DNA of 64,000 bases from Alphaproteobacteria bacterium (GTDB lineage: Bacteria; Pseudomonadota; Alphaproteobacteria; Micropepsales; Micropepsaceae). Positions 28,325-37,000 of this stretch are shown here, one piece after another; position 1 is the first letter of the stretch, and every line of letters begins with the position of its first letter. The stretch covers positions 2,285 to 66,284 of the forward strand of contig JAWXBO010000003.1 in NCBI GenBank assembly GCA_034440175.1, in the 5' to 3' direction. The position numbers were made by a program, and so were the translations under genes. The notes below the pieces were generated by a model, which made no database searches, was not told the origin of the DNA, and saw only the letters and a list, made by a program, of their open reading frames with translations.

Positions 28325-29196
28325 GACAGGTCACAATTGCCGCCACGCAAATGGCTTGCGGGCCAGACCGGGCGGCCAATGTCGCGAATGCGAAACGCCT
28401 GGTGCGTGAAGCGAAGGCGAAAGGCGCGCAGGTCGTTTTGATTCAGGAACTGTTCGATACGCCCTATTTTTGCAAGGACCAGTTCGCGAAACATTTCGCA
28501 TTGGCGGAGCCGTTTGAAGGCAATGGGCTGATCAAGGAGTTTTCGGCTTTGGCACGAGAACTGAACGTCGTGTTGCCGCTGTCGTTTTTTGAGCGGGCGA
28601 ACAATGCTCACTTTAACTCTTTGGCGATGATCGACGCGGATGGGTCGGTGCTGGGACTTTATCGCAAGTCGCATATTCCGGACGGGCCCGGGTACCAGGA
28701 GAAGTATTACTTCAATCCCGGGGACACTGGTTTTAAGGTTTGGGAGACGCGGTATGGCAAGATCGGCGCGGGGATATGTTGGGACCAGTGGTTTCCCGAA
28801 GGCGCGCGCGCCATGGCGCTGATGGGGGCGGAGATTTTGTGCTATCCGACGGCGATCGGCAGCGAACCGCCGCCTGCGCCGGTAGTCGATTCTTCGGCGC
28901 ATTGGCGGCGTGTGATGCAGGGGCATGCGGGCGCGAACTATCTGCCGCTGATCGCCTCGAACCGCATCGGGCGCGAGGTGGGCGATACGTGTGAGATTAA
29001 TTTCTACGGCACGTCGTTTATTGCAGGACCCACCGGCGAAATTTTGGCCGATGCGGGGCGCGACAAGGAAGCGGTGGTGACGGCGACGGTCGATCTCGAC
29101 GCGATTGCGGTTGCGCGCAATTCATGGGGAATGTTCCGGGATCGGAGGCCGGAGTTGTATGGCGCGGTGATGACGCTGGATGGGGTGAGGGGGTAG
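28321..29196 (+). CDS. aguB: N-carbamoylputrescine amidase (nitrilase superfamily)
   Basis: ATGA overlap with aguA. Catalytic triad context (QELF, YRKSHIP, GAGICWDQWFPE). 291 aa. Confidence 0.9.
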   Translation: MRQVTIAATQMACGPDRAANVANAKRLVREAKAKGAQVVLIQELFDTPYFCKDQFAKHFALAEPFEGNGLIKEFSALARELNVVLPLSFFERANNAHFNSLAMIDADGSVLGLYRKSHIPDGPGYQEKYYFNPGDTGFKVWETRYGKIGAGICWDQWFPEGARAMALMGAEILCYPTAIGSEPPPAPVVDSSAHWRRVMQGHAGANYLPLIASNRIGREVGDTCEINFYGTSFIAGPTGEILADAGRDKEAVVTATVDLDAIAVARNSWGMFRDRRPELYGAVMTLDGVRG

Positions 29197-29626
29197 GGGG
29201 CTTAAATCTTTTTCCGGGAAAAGTTTACACTGACCCCACTTCTAATCACTCCTGCGGGTCACTAATCTACTATTAGTCGAGGCGCCCGTCAATTAAGTAT
29301 AGCGTCCCCCTAATTCTATTGCGGGGGCGACCGGCGAAATTTTGGCCGATGCGGGGCGCGACAAAGAGGCGGTGGTGACAGCGACGGTCGACCTTGATGC
29401 GATTGCGGTGGCACGCAATTCCTGGGGAATGTTTCGCGACCGGAGGCCGGAGTTGTATGGCGCGGTGATGACGCTGGATGGGGTGAGGGGGTAGGGGGCT
29501 CAAATCTTTTTCCGGGAAAAGTTTACACTGACCCCACTTCTAATCACTCCTGTAATCACTCCTGCGGGTCACTAATCTACTCTTAGTCGAGGCGTCCGTC
29601 AATTAAGTATAGCGTCCCCCTAATTC
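29020..29626 (+). repeat. Head-to-tail diverged duplication (units 29020-29317 and 29318-29626) of the aguB 3' end plus about 120 nt downstream
   Basis: Direct comparison of the two units, period 298 nt. The second unit carries a 12-nt internal duplication (tgtaatcactcc). Confidence 0.95.
29330..29494 (+). pseudogene. Detached second copy of the last 54 codons of aguB
   Basis: Encodes the identical peptide TGEILADAGRDKEAVVTATVDLDAIAVARNSWGMFRDRRPELYGAVMTLDGVRG*, with 12 third-position differences from 29032-29196. No start codon and no upstream coding part. Confidence 0.9.
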
Positions 29627-29762
29627 CGTCAACCGAACGCCATGATGTGACGGTCTTCAGAACCGATCACGGAGAGAACCATGGTCCAGGCTGGACAGTG
29701 ACGACAACGCAGAACAAGATGGAGTTGACTTATGTGCCGCGATTAGAGAATCCCAATACTTT

Positions 29763-32051
29763 TTAGTTGTCTAATGTTGAAAACATCGAACGAAGTCCGG
29801 CATCTTCAAGCGCGCCCGGCCGATCTGAATCCGCGCCTTCGTACCCATCGTAACCGTCCTCATGCGCCTCCTTTTCATCGAGCTCTATGCGTCGCTCCAA
29901 GATCAGGTTACTTAGGTGGCGAGAACTCGAGCCGCTCCATGATGTCAATTCGTCAAGCTCTGATTCAAATTGATCAAGATCCATCGACGAGCCAATTTCG
30001 TTGATAACGTCAGATGCATTCCCAATCAGACCATCGATAAGCGCATTGACGATCTCTATCGCCCTCTCGGATCCGAGACTGGGATTTTTGTCCAAGAACA
30101 CCGTGAGCATATTCAGTTCGGGTGCATCAAGATATTCGTAATCGCTAGCGAGCCTCTCGAACATTCGATGCCTCAAGGCTTCCAGCACCTCGTTGTAGTT
30201 CGGCAAATCCTGATACGCGATTCCACTGACGGTGGAGTAAAGATCGATTGCCGTCTCGACCTCCGGCTCGTGCAGCGGCTCAATGCGTATCCGGCGAGAT
30301 AAGGCATTGGCACAGATCGCAATTTGGCTAGACTTGGTCACGAGCCACCAACGTAGCACCAGATCCAGTCGAGCGAGCAGCGAGAGCCCCTCCTTCGATT
30401 GCAATTTTCGATTTTGCGCATCCAAACGAGTGTGCTGTTCTGGTAGCTCCACTAGCGAAGTGGCGGCTTTTGCCAAGCCCGAGGTCATGTTGCCATCGAG
30501 CACTGGATGCTTCGCAGCGTGGACAGCAAGATAGTCCCACACTAACGCAGCTTGCCGAGACTCCGACAGGTTCTGCAAAACGTAGTGGGGAAAGCTGGTC
30601 CCAATCAGGGCGTTGTCAAGAAAGTCCCGTATGGACGGGTTAACGAAACTAACGGTCGCATTTGCTACATAGATGAACGAATTGGAAGTCTCGCGCATCG
30701 CACGAGTAAAATCATCGTGGTCAGTTGAAAACCTGTGATCCTGTGCTTCTGCACGGTACACCAACCAAAAACCCCGCTCCAAATCGGTGACGCTGGTTCT
30801 TTCTGGAAGAAAGAACAACGTTGCCACCAGCGACCTCCCCTTGCGCGACAAGTGCTCCCGAAAAGCATAGCTCCAGATCAGTTGTGGGTAGTCGAGATTG
30901 TTTACAATCCAATCGCGGTAGCGATCTGCTGCAACTTTACCAATGTCCGGACTCGTAATGAGAAATTCGATCAGTCGAGGGCTGAAATTCTTGTGATCAA
31001 TTATCTTTATGAAAAAATCGTCGCTAAGCAACGCTCCACGATGCGCCGAACTCAAGCCCGAGAAATAAATGTGGTTGTAGAGTATTTTTGCCTTCACCTC
31101 CCGAGTATACGTTGAAATATCAAGAATGTACTTCCGAACTTCCACGAAGTTGTTACTGATTTTCTCCGAAGCGATACTTGCTTGATTCAGAATGTACTCC
31201 CGACTAGTGAGGACGAACCGCGAGTTTGGCGATCCTTGCACACGAGAAATGAACCCCATTAGCTTTGCATCGTCTCGCTGGAGCGACTCTGGCGTGAGAC
31301 GAATCTGCCCGAGAAAATCGTCGAAGAAAAAAATCTGACGCTTGGTCACATCGTACACATCCAGCGCTTCGTCGAAGCTTTCGACCGCAAACAACTCCCA
31401 ACTGTCCTGCATGTGCAGCCACGCGATCAATCGCGCCAACGTTGTCTTTCCCACGCCAGGACCGCCGGATACAATTAGAAGGCGATGCTTGTCCAACACG
31501 CCCAACGCTTGCGACACACTTCGGTTCATTGCGAAGATGCGAACTGCCCGTTCTATCCTCTGCGCCTCGTCCGTTGATCGAACATATGTTGCATTGTGAA
31601 GTATACGTTGCAGCACCGGTGTGCTGCTCATCCAAAGCTTGAAGTGCTGTTGCTCTACCTTGGGATGACGGCCAAGCAGGTTGTTCAGTTGCTCCGCACC
31701 CAAGATGTCTGCTTGATCTAGATGCGGCGCGAACAGTTGCGCGATTTCGGCTTTGTTGTCAGGGGTCAAGCTCACCGTCGTTGCCAAAATATATCGCTGC
31801 GGTTTTAGTCGATCAACCTTCGGACGTTCGTTGCTGAGGTTTGAAAGCAGTTTTCTATAGCCACTGTCACGATAGTGCTTCGCCTGGACAATGATCTTGC
31901 CGATTTGCGCACTTGAATGTCGAAGGTCTATTCCCCCGTCTCGACCTCGTGCGAAACTCTCGAATACAAGGTTCAATTCGCCTTGCAGCAAGTCTCGAAC
32001 AAGATCCTCCAGGTCCGTCGGTGAGAGGCTTCTGAAATCGTACGAACTCAT
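29763..32051 (-). CDS. Mrr-like PD-(D/E)xK nuclease fused to a STAND-type P-loop NTPase with a long helical C-terminal region (Avs/nSTAND-like)
   Basis: ATG 32051 with GGAGG 7 nt upstream. Nuclease head GRDGGIDL...IIVQAKHY. Walker A VSGGPGVGKTT. Walker B IFFFDDF. About 450-aa C-terminal region ending in an acidic tail. Low GC relative to flanks. Confidence 0.8.
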   Translation of the reverse strand: MSSYDFRSLSPTDLEDLVRDLLQGELNLVFESFARGRDGGIDLRHSSAQIGKIIVQAKHYRDSGYRKLLSNLSNERPKVDRLKPQRYILATTVSLTPDNKAEIAQLFAPHLDQADILGAEQLNNLLGRHPKVEQQHFKLWMSSTPVLQRILHNATYVRSTDEAQRIERAVRIFAMNRSVSQALGVLDKHRLLIVSGGPGVGKTTLARLIAWLHMQDSWELFAVESFDEALDVYDVTKRQIFFFDDFLGQIRLTPESLQRDDAKLMGFISRVQGSPNSRFVLTSREYILNQASIASEKISNNFVEVRKYILDISTYTREVKAKILYNHIYFSGLSSAHRGALLSDDFFIKIIDHKNFSPRLIEFLITSPDIGKVAADRYRDWIVNNLDYPQLIWSYAFREHLSRKGRSLVATLFFLPERTSVTDLERGFWLVYRAEAQDHRFSTDHDDFTRAMRETSNSFIYVANATVSFVNPSIRDFLDNALIGTSFPHYVLQNLSESRQAALVWDYLAVHAAKHPVLDGNMTSGLAKAATSLVELPEQHTRLDAQNRKLQSKEGLSLLARLDLVLRWWLVTKSSQIAICANALSRRIRIEPLHEPEVETAIDLYSTVSGIAYQDLPNYNEVLEALRHRMFERLASDYEYLDAPELNMLTVFLDKNPSLGSERAIEIVNALIDGLIGNASDVINEIGSSMDLDQFESELDELTSWSGSSSRHLSNLILERRIELDEKEAHEDGYDGYEGADSDRPGALEDAGLRSMFSTLDN

Positions 32052-32160
32052 AAACTGCCTCCAGAATACGGCGACCGACAATCGCGTCCGCACGGGTCTT
32101 TCTGAAACCGCACCTGAGGCGCACCCCCGAATCGTTCGAGAGGTTTCTTCGGCGCCACCT

Positions 32161-33609
32161 TCACCTTTTGCGCACTGAGTAGCCGATCGGGAAAAGCAAC
32201 TTGCCGCCTGCAGCCTCCGCAGGTGTAACGGTAATTCGGAGATTGCGAGCAGGAACCAAGAGTTGCTTCGACAGCAGTCGCTCCAAACGCTCACTCGAGT
32301 AATCGCCATAAGTCCTCTTGTCCGGATGGTCTGCTGCTAGTTCGTCATCGACGGAATGAAGAACGTCAGCGCCACCGATGTACACGGACTCCACACGATA
32401 CTGTGCCCCCACGCTCTTCGCACCCACAGAAACCGCCAGGTTGTGATTTCGGCCTGGGACGGAATGGAAATCGCCCCCCGCCGCAACTAGGGCTTCCGAT
32501 AAGAAATTGAAACTGTCCTTAAACTCTGTAAGTTTCTGCAGGTCGAACAATTCTTCGAAGAACTTCCCCTTGATCTCGTTGCGAAGCCTGGCATGCTTAT
32601 CAAAGAAGACTTCGAACAACATGCCATCTAGGATTGCCTTGCGTCCCCCCTTTGGGTATCCGGCGGTTGCTGAAAGAAAGTCCTTCACGCATCCTTCGGC
32701 CGAATACGCACCACCGCATGCTGCCTGATAGACGTTTCTGCCAACGACGAAAAGATTGTGCGGATTCATCTTCAATACGGTTGTCGCGGTGAGTCCCTCA
32801 AGCGCCTTATTCTGCGCGGTGAAATTGTAGGTTTTCAGGCCCTGCACGACCAAGTGCGAAGCCTTGGCCGTATCGACGACGAAGAGCGCATCAGCGAGCG
32901 AAGCATCAGGGTAGTCTTGAAGCACTCGGCCAAGGCTCATGTTGAAAAAGAAGTTTCCGGAGAGCGATGTGTGCTCCCATGAAATTTGTTTCCCCGTCGT
33001 CTCAGCCGCAACTGTATTCCGCACCTGCTTGAACATGGTCTCGATGGGCAAATCCGGTTCATCGATGTGCTGCAGAAGCGCCGCCGTATATGAACCGTTC
33101 TTACCACCACCATCATATGCATATTGCCCTGGCGAAGTGGCGAAGCCAATAATGGTTCCCTTCGGCGCATAAACTGAGGCAAGGCCGCGAACATATTGAG
33201 ACCGCTTCCAGGCGCGCTCCCACGGGTTGTCGCGACATGCGTCGAGCACCACGATCTTTGTGCTAGCGGGAGACTTATCCAATACTTCGATAACGTGATC
33301 GAGTGATAGTGATGAGTGTTTCGCATCGGTCTCATCATCAATATCTGTATCCAACGCCATCAGATAATTGCTGCCGTCAATTTGCATCCCATGGCCCGCA
33401 AAGAAAAACAGGCCGACTTCCTTGTCTTTGAGCTGATCTCGAAACACCTTCAGAGCTTTGCCCATATCGCCCCGAGAAGCCTCGGTGATAAGAATCACGT
33501 CAAACCCGTACTTGCGCAGCTTGGCGCCAATGTCTTTTGCATCGTTTGCAGCATTTTTCAGTGCCGCACTGCCGGGATAGGCCGCGTTGCCAATCACAAG
33601 GGCGGTCAT
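32161..33609 (-). CDS. Caspase-like (peptidase C14) protease with uncharacterised roughly 250-aa C-terminal domain
   Basis: MTALVIGNAAYPG... with His-Cys dyad contexts FFFAGHGMQ and VVLDACRDNP. Start is ATG 33609 or GTG 33621. Low GC. Confidence 0.8.
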   Translation of the reverse strand: MTALVIGNAAYPGSAALKNAANDAKDIGAKLRKYGFDVILITEASRGDMGKALKVFRDQLKDKEVGLFFFAGHGMQIDGSNYLMALDTDIDDETDAKHSSLSLDHVIEVLDKSPASTKIVVLDACRDNPWERAWKRSQYVRGLASVYAPKGTIIGFATSPGQYAYDGGGKNGSYTAALLQHIDEPDLPIETMFKQVRNTVAAETTGKQISWEHTSLSGNFFFNMSLGRVLQDYPDASLADALFVVDTAKASHLVVQGLKTYNFTAQNKALEGLTATTVLKMNPHNLFVVGRNVYQAACGGAYSAEGCVKDFLSATAGYPKGGRKAILDGMLFEVFFDKHARLRNEIKGKFFEELFDLQKLTEFKDSFNFLSEALVAAGGDFHSVPGRNHNLAVSVGAKSVGAQYRVESVYIGGADVLHSVDDELAADHPDKRTYGDYSSERLERLLSKQLLVPARNLRITVTPAEAAGGKLLFPIGYSVRKR

Positions 33610-33892
33610 TTTGCACGTCACTATTCTAGACCTTGAAAGTTATTGCGATAACGAACTACTCCCACTCGATCGTTTACGAGGACTCTAACATCTTGAATTG
33701 TCCTGACATTTTTATGCGGTAAAATGTCCATACCGTCACAGATACCGTCAGAAAATCACGCTTTTGAAATTGCTCACTTTATTCCTCGATTTTCGCGGCA
33801 TGCACTCTGACGGTTCCATCGTATCAAAGACCGATCGGAACTAGCGTAGACGGATCCGCGAAATTAACAAATTCCGATATTTTAGGGCGCGC

Positions 33893-34171
33893 ATGGTGAG
33901 CTCGCTCACTCTGCTCCGCGCAGACGAAAGTCCGCAATCACGCGAGCGCTGGTCCTACATCCTGCTGGCCGAGGAACTGCGTCGCGTCAGCGCCGACCCG
34001 AAACGCGATGCGGCCGAGCTCTTCCGGCGCATGTGCTTCGACGCTCTGATCTCAAGCATCGACGATCATCCGCGCAACCATGCGGTTATCGCCCCTGATC
34101 GCGATTGGCGACTGTCGCCGGCCTATGACATGACCCCGTCTTCGCCCGTCAGTATCGAGCGCCGAAAGTGA
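33893..34171 (+). pseudogene. HipA C-terminal fragment (kinase toxin remnant)
   Basis: 92 aa, with LFRRMCFDALISSIDDHPRNHAVI...WRLSPAYDMTPS matching the HipA_C catalytic region. The N-terminal roughly 350 aa and hipB are absent. Confidence 0.75.
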
Positions 34172-34181
34172 TTCCAAATTT

Positions 34182-34697
34182 GTGGGTGTAAATCTTCGCG
34201 CTGCTACCGTTTGCGGTTGGTCGCCTCGCACGCGTCTTGATCTGACGGTAAACATTTTCGCTGCCAACGCATACGCAAACGGAGTCGTCCGCGTTCACGG
34301 CGGTCAACAGAAACGACCAAATGTCGTGATCAACGACCTGGTGCGGGCGTATCTTTTGTTGCTCAGCGCGCCGAAGGAGTTGGTTCAGGGAGAAAGCTTT
34401 AACGTGGTCGCGTCAAACCACAACGTGCTGGAGATCGCTCGTCGAGTAGCGGACGCTGTAAGGCCCGACTGCAAAATCGTCGTAGAGCCGGTTCTGGACC
34501 GTCGATCGTACCACGTGACAGCAGCGAAAATTGCTGAGCGGCTCGGTTTTCGTTGCCGCCTGAGAATCGAGGATGGCGCCCGTCAGATCAGCAACGCCAT
34601 TCGTGACACCCGCATCGGCGATCCTTCCGCCTCTGAGTACTTCAATCTCCGCCATCTAGTGGAGATTGGCGCTGTTCGGAAACTTGGGCCATCATGA
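34182..34697 (+). pseudogene. 5'-truncated NAD-dependent epimerase/dehydratase fragment
   Basis: Only the C-terminal substrate-binding half is present (RAATVCGWSPRTRLDLTVNIF...RPNVVINDLVRAY). No Rossmann GxxGxxG. Begins 10 nt after the hipA fragment. Confidence 0.65.
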
Positions 34698-37000
34698 CCT
34701 CGCAACGTGATCCATGCCCGTCCGATAATGGATGGAGGCTTGTCCGCCGAGCGCGCGATCCGCGCGAGGACAAATACTACGAGACCCTGTTCGCCCTGAC
34801 CAACGGGCGCATTGGTCTGCGCGCAACGGTCGACTTCGAGGAAACCGAGAGTCAACCAGGTTTCTTTCACTTCGACGCGTACGGACCAGGTCTGACCGTT
34901 CCCAGTCATGTCATCAACTTGTTCAATCCGGGGTGGTGGCGACTCTACGTAGGCGGCGCACCGTTGGTGCCAACGCGCTGCGGCGTGGTCGAGTTTAGCC
35001 AAAGCTTAGACCTTTATCGGGCCACAACCCAGTGGTCTGCCGTGCTCACTGACGTTGAAGGGCGGCGCACGCGCGTTTCCCGACAATGGTTCCTCCCGGG
35101 CTCGCGGGCAGAGACCATTGCGACCCGGACCATCTTGGAACCGCTGAATCACGATGCGCCAATCGCATTTGCTGCGGGCTTCGACTGGCGCGACGGAAAT
35201 GGCGATTTCGGTGGCATGCACCCCAACGTCAGACTCAAATGTCTCGTAGTCGACGAGGCCCACGCGGAGGGGAAAAGGATTGGCGTTAGTGGCGCAATCA
35301 ATGGTGCAGACCGGCGGGTCTGGGGAACAATGGCGCTTAGGTCAGACGGCGTAGCCTCGGAACTCGTCGAGAGGGACATCGCCGGCATCATGGTTCGGCT
35401 CGACGGGCCCGGCGTCATCGACACGCTGGCGACGGTTTCATGCGAGCCCATTTCGAACCGTCTTGCGTCTGCGGCATTCGACGATTTGCAGCAGGACCAC
35501 GAAGCGATCTGGGCAGGGCGGTGGGCATGCGCAACAACACTCAGGGGCCCCATGCGGGACGTTGTCGGCCTTCGTTTTGCTCAGTTTCAAATGCTGCAAT
35601 GCCTAGATCGTCAACGGCCTTCAACGAACGTCGCCGCACGCGGATTGACTTCCGAGTATCATTCCGGACATTTTTTCTTCAACACCGAATTGTATCTCGG
35701 TCCGTGGCTGGCCCTGGTTGAACCTCGCACGGCTAAGGCGCTCTTGCGTTTTCGCATCGAGACTCTAGGCGAGGCCGAACAGTTTGCGCGCCGCTCGGGG
35801 TTCGTGGGCGCGCGTTTTCCTGAAGAGGCGGATCGTCAAGGTCGTCCAGCTGCGCCGTCGACAATCCGCGATCCGTTCACTGGTGAAACGAGCCGAGAAT
35901 GGAGCGGCGAGTTGGTCTTTCACCTCTCGGCCTGCGTGCTTTATTCCTTGGCGGTTTATCTCAGGATGACCGGGGACGCTGAATTTTTCGCGCGCGAATG
36001 CATTCCGCTCGTTGCCCGCACTTCCACGTATCTCGCCGACCTCGTTCGGCTAGATCCGAAAGTGGGCGCGCGCGGTGCTAGAAGTGTTATGTGCTTTGAC
36101 GAGTTTCACTACCCCGTCGACCACCATGTCGGTACGAACGGATTGGCGAAATGGGCGCTGGGGTGGAGCGCCGGTGCGCTCGACCGCCTCGAACAAACGG
36201 ATCCGAGTCGTGCCTCGGAAATGGATGCCTTGGGCGCCGGATCGGCGGCACGAGCACTGTGGCGCCAGCGCTCCTCGGAGATCTATTTGCCGGCGGCGGA
36301 TTCACAAGGCGTTTTCCCCGTCTTTGAGGGCTACTTCGACCTGCCTGATCGTGTTCGCCTCGACGATCCAAGCGGGGGCCTTCCGCGCCTGAGCGATGAG
36401 CAAGAGGAGAGCGCCAATCGGTTGGAGCCTTTCACCACGAGGCTGACCAAGCAGGCCGATGTCCTGATGCTGCTGACGTTGCTACCCCAGTTCGCTGGTC
36501 CAGCGGCGATTGGGACCAATCTGGCTTACTACGAGCCAAGAACGGTGCACGGCTCATCCCTCAGTCTTGCACCCCATGCCGTTGCGGCCGGATGGTCCGG
36601 CCAGGCTGAACTGCTTCGGACGCTGCTCGTGCAATCCGCTCGGTACGATTTGGATTTTTCTCCGAGATTGGATTACCGCAACGGAATCCATTTCGGGGCT
36701 TGCGCAGGCGCTCTCATCGCGCTGGTCTATGGAGCGTGCGGGCTGTCCGGCAAGGGACGAGTGCTGGAAATCCGGCCGTGTATGCCCGCCGCGTGGGAAG
36801 AGATCGAAGTGCACCTGTTCTGGAAGGATTGTGATCTTAAGCTCATCGTCGGTCGGGACTCCGTTGTGATCGAGCACCGCGGAGGCGGAGAGTTGCAAGT
36901 TTCGTTTGACGGAGCTCTCACCAAAATTCAATCGGGCTCAACTACAAGGTTACCCTTACGCCCCGTTCCCGCGACTGCGCAGCACCGAGAGTCGACATGA
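34694..37000 (+). CDS. Glycoside hydrolase family 65 protein (kojibiose/trehalose phosphorylase-like)
   Basis: 768 aa. N-terminal ETLFALTNGRIGLRATVDFEE is typical of GH65. A central (alpha/alpha)6 region of the expected length. ATGA overlap with the preceding fragment. Confidence 0.75.
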   Translation: MTSQRDPCPSDNGWRLVRRARDPREDKYYETLFALTNGRIGLRATVDFEETESQPGFFHFDAYGPGLTVPSHVINLFNPGWWRLYVGGAPLVPTRCGVVEFSQSLDLYRATTQWSAVLTDVEGRRTRVSRQWFLPGSRAETIATRTILEPLNHDAPIAFAAGFDWRDGNGDFGGMHPNVRLKCLVVDEAHAEGKRIGVSGAINGADRRVWGTMALRSDGVASELVERDIAGIMVRLDGPGVIDTLATVSCEPISNRLASAAFDDLQQDHEAIWAGRWACATTLRGPMRDVVGLRFAQFQMLQCLDRQRPSTNVAARGLTSEYHSGHFFFNTELYLGPWLALVEPRTAKALLRFRIETLGEAEQFARRSGFVGARFPEEADRQGRPAAPSTIRDPFTGETSREWSGELVFHLSACVLYSLAVYLRMTGDAEFFARECIPLVARTSTYLADLVRLDPKVGARGARSVMCFDEFHYPVDHHVGTNGLAKWALGWSAGALDRLEQTDPSRASEMDALGAGSAARALWRQRSSEIYLPAADSQGVFPVFEGYFDLPDRVRLDDPSGGLPRLSDEQEESANRLEPFTTRLTKQADVLMLLTLLPQFAGPAAIGTNLAYYEPRTVHGSSLSLAPHAVAAGWSGQAELLRTLLVQSARYDLDFSPRLDYRNGIHFGACAGALIALVYGACGLSGKGRVLEIRPCMPAAWEEIEVHLFWKDCDLKLIVGRDSVVIEHRGGGELQVSFDGALTKIQSGSTTRLPLRPVPATAQHREST

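Noticed and set aside
29020-29626. Whether the 298-nt tandem repeat could be a CRISPR array or minisatellite.
   Set aside because: There are only two units, far longer than CRISPR repeats, with no spacer structure. The unit is demonstrably the aguB 3' end.
32052-32309. N-terminal 86-codon extension of the STAND ORF as listed (29763..32309).
   Set aside because: The extension overlaps the 3' end of the caspase-like gene in another frame. A GGAGG-preceded ATG at 32051 opens directly onto the Mrr-like domain.
34182-34697. Treating the epimerase-like ORF as an intact 171-aa gene.
   Set aside because: It begins at a GTG with no ribosome-binding site and lacks the entire Rossmann N-terminal half. 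It starts 10 nt after another truncated gene, so it is called a fragment instead.
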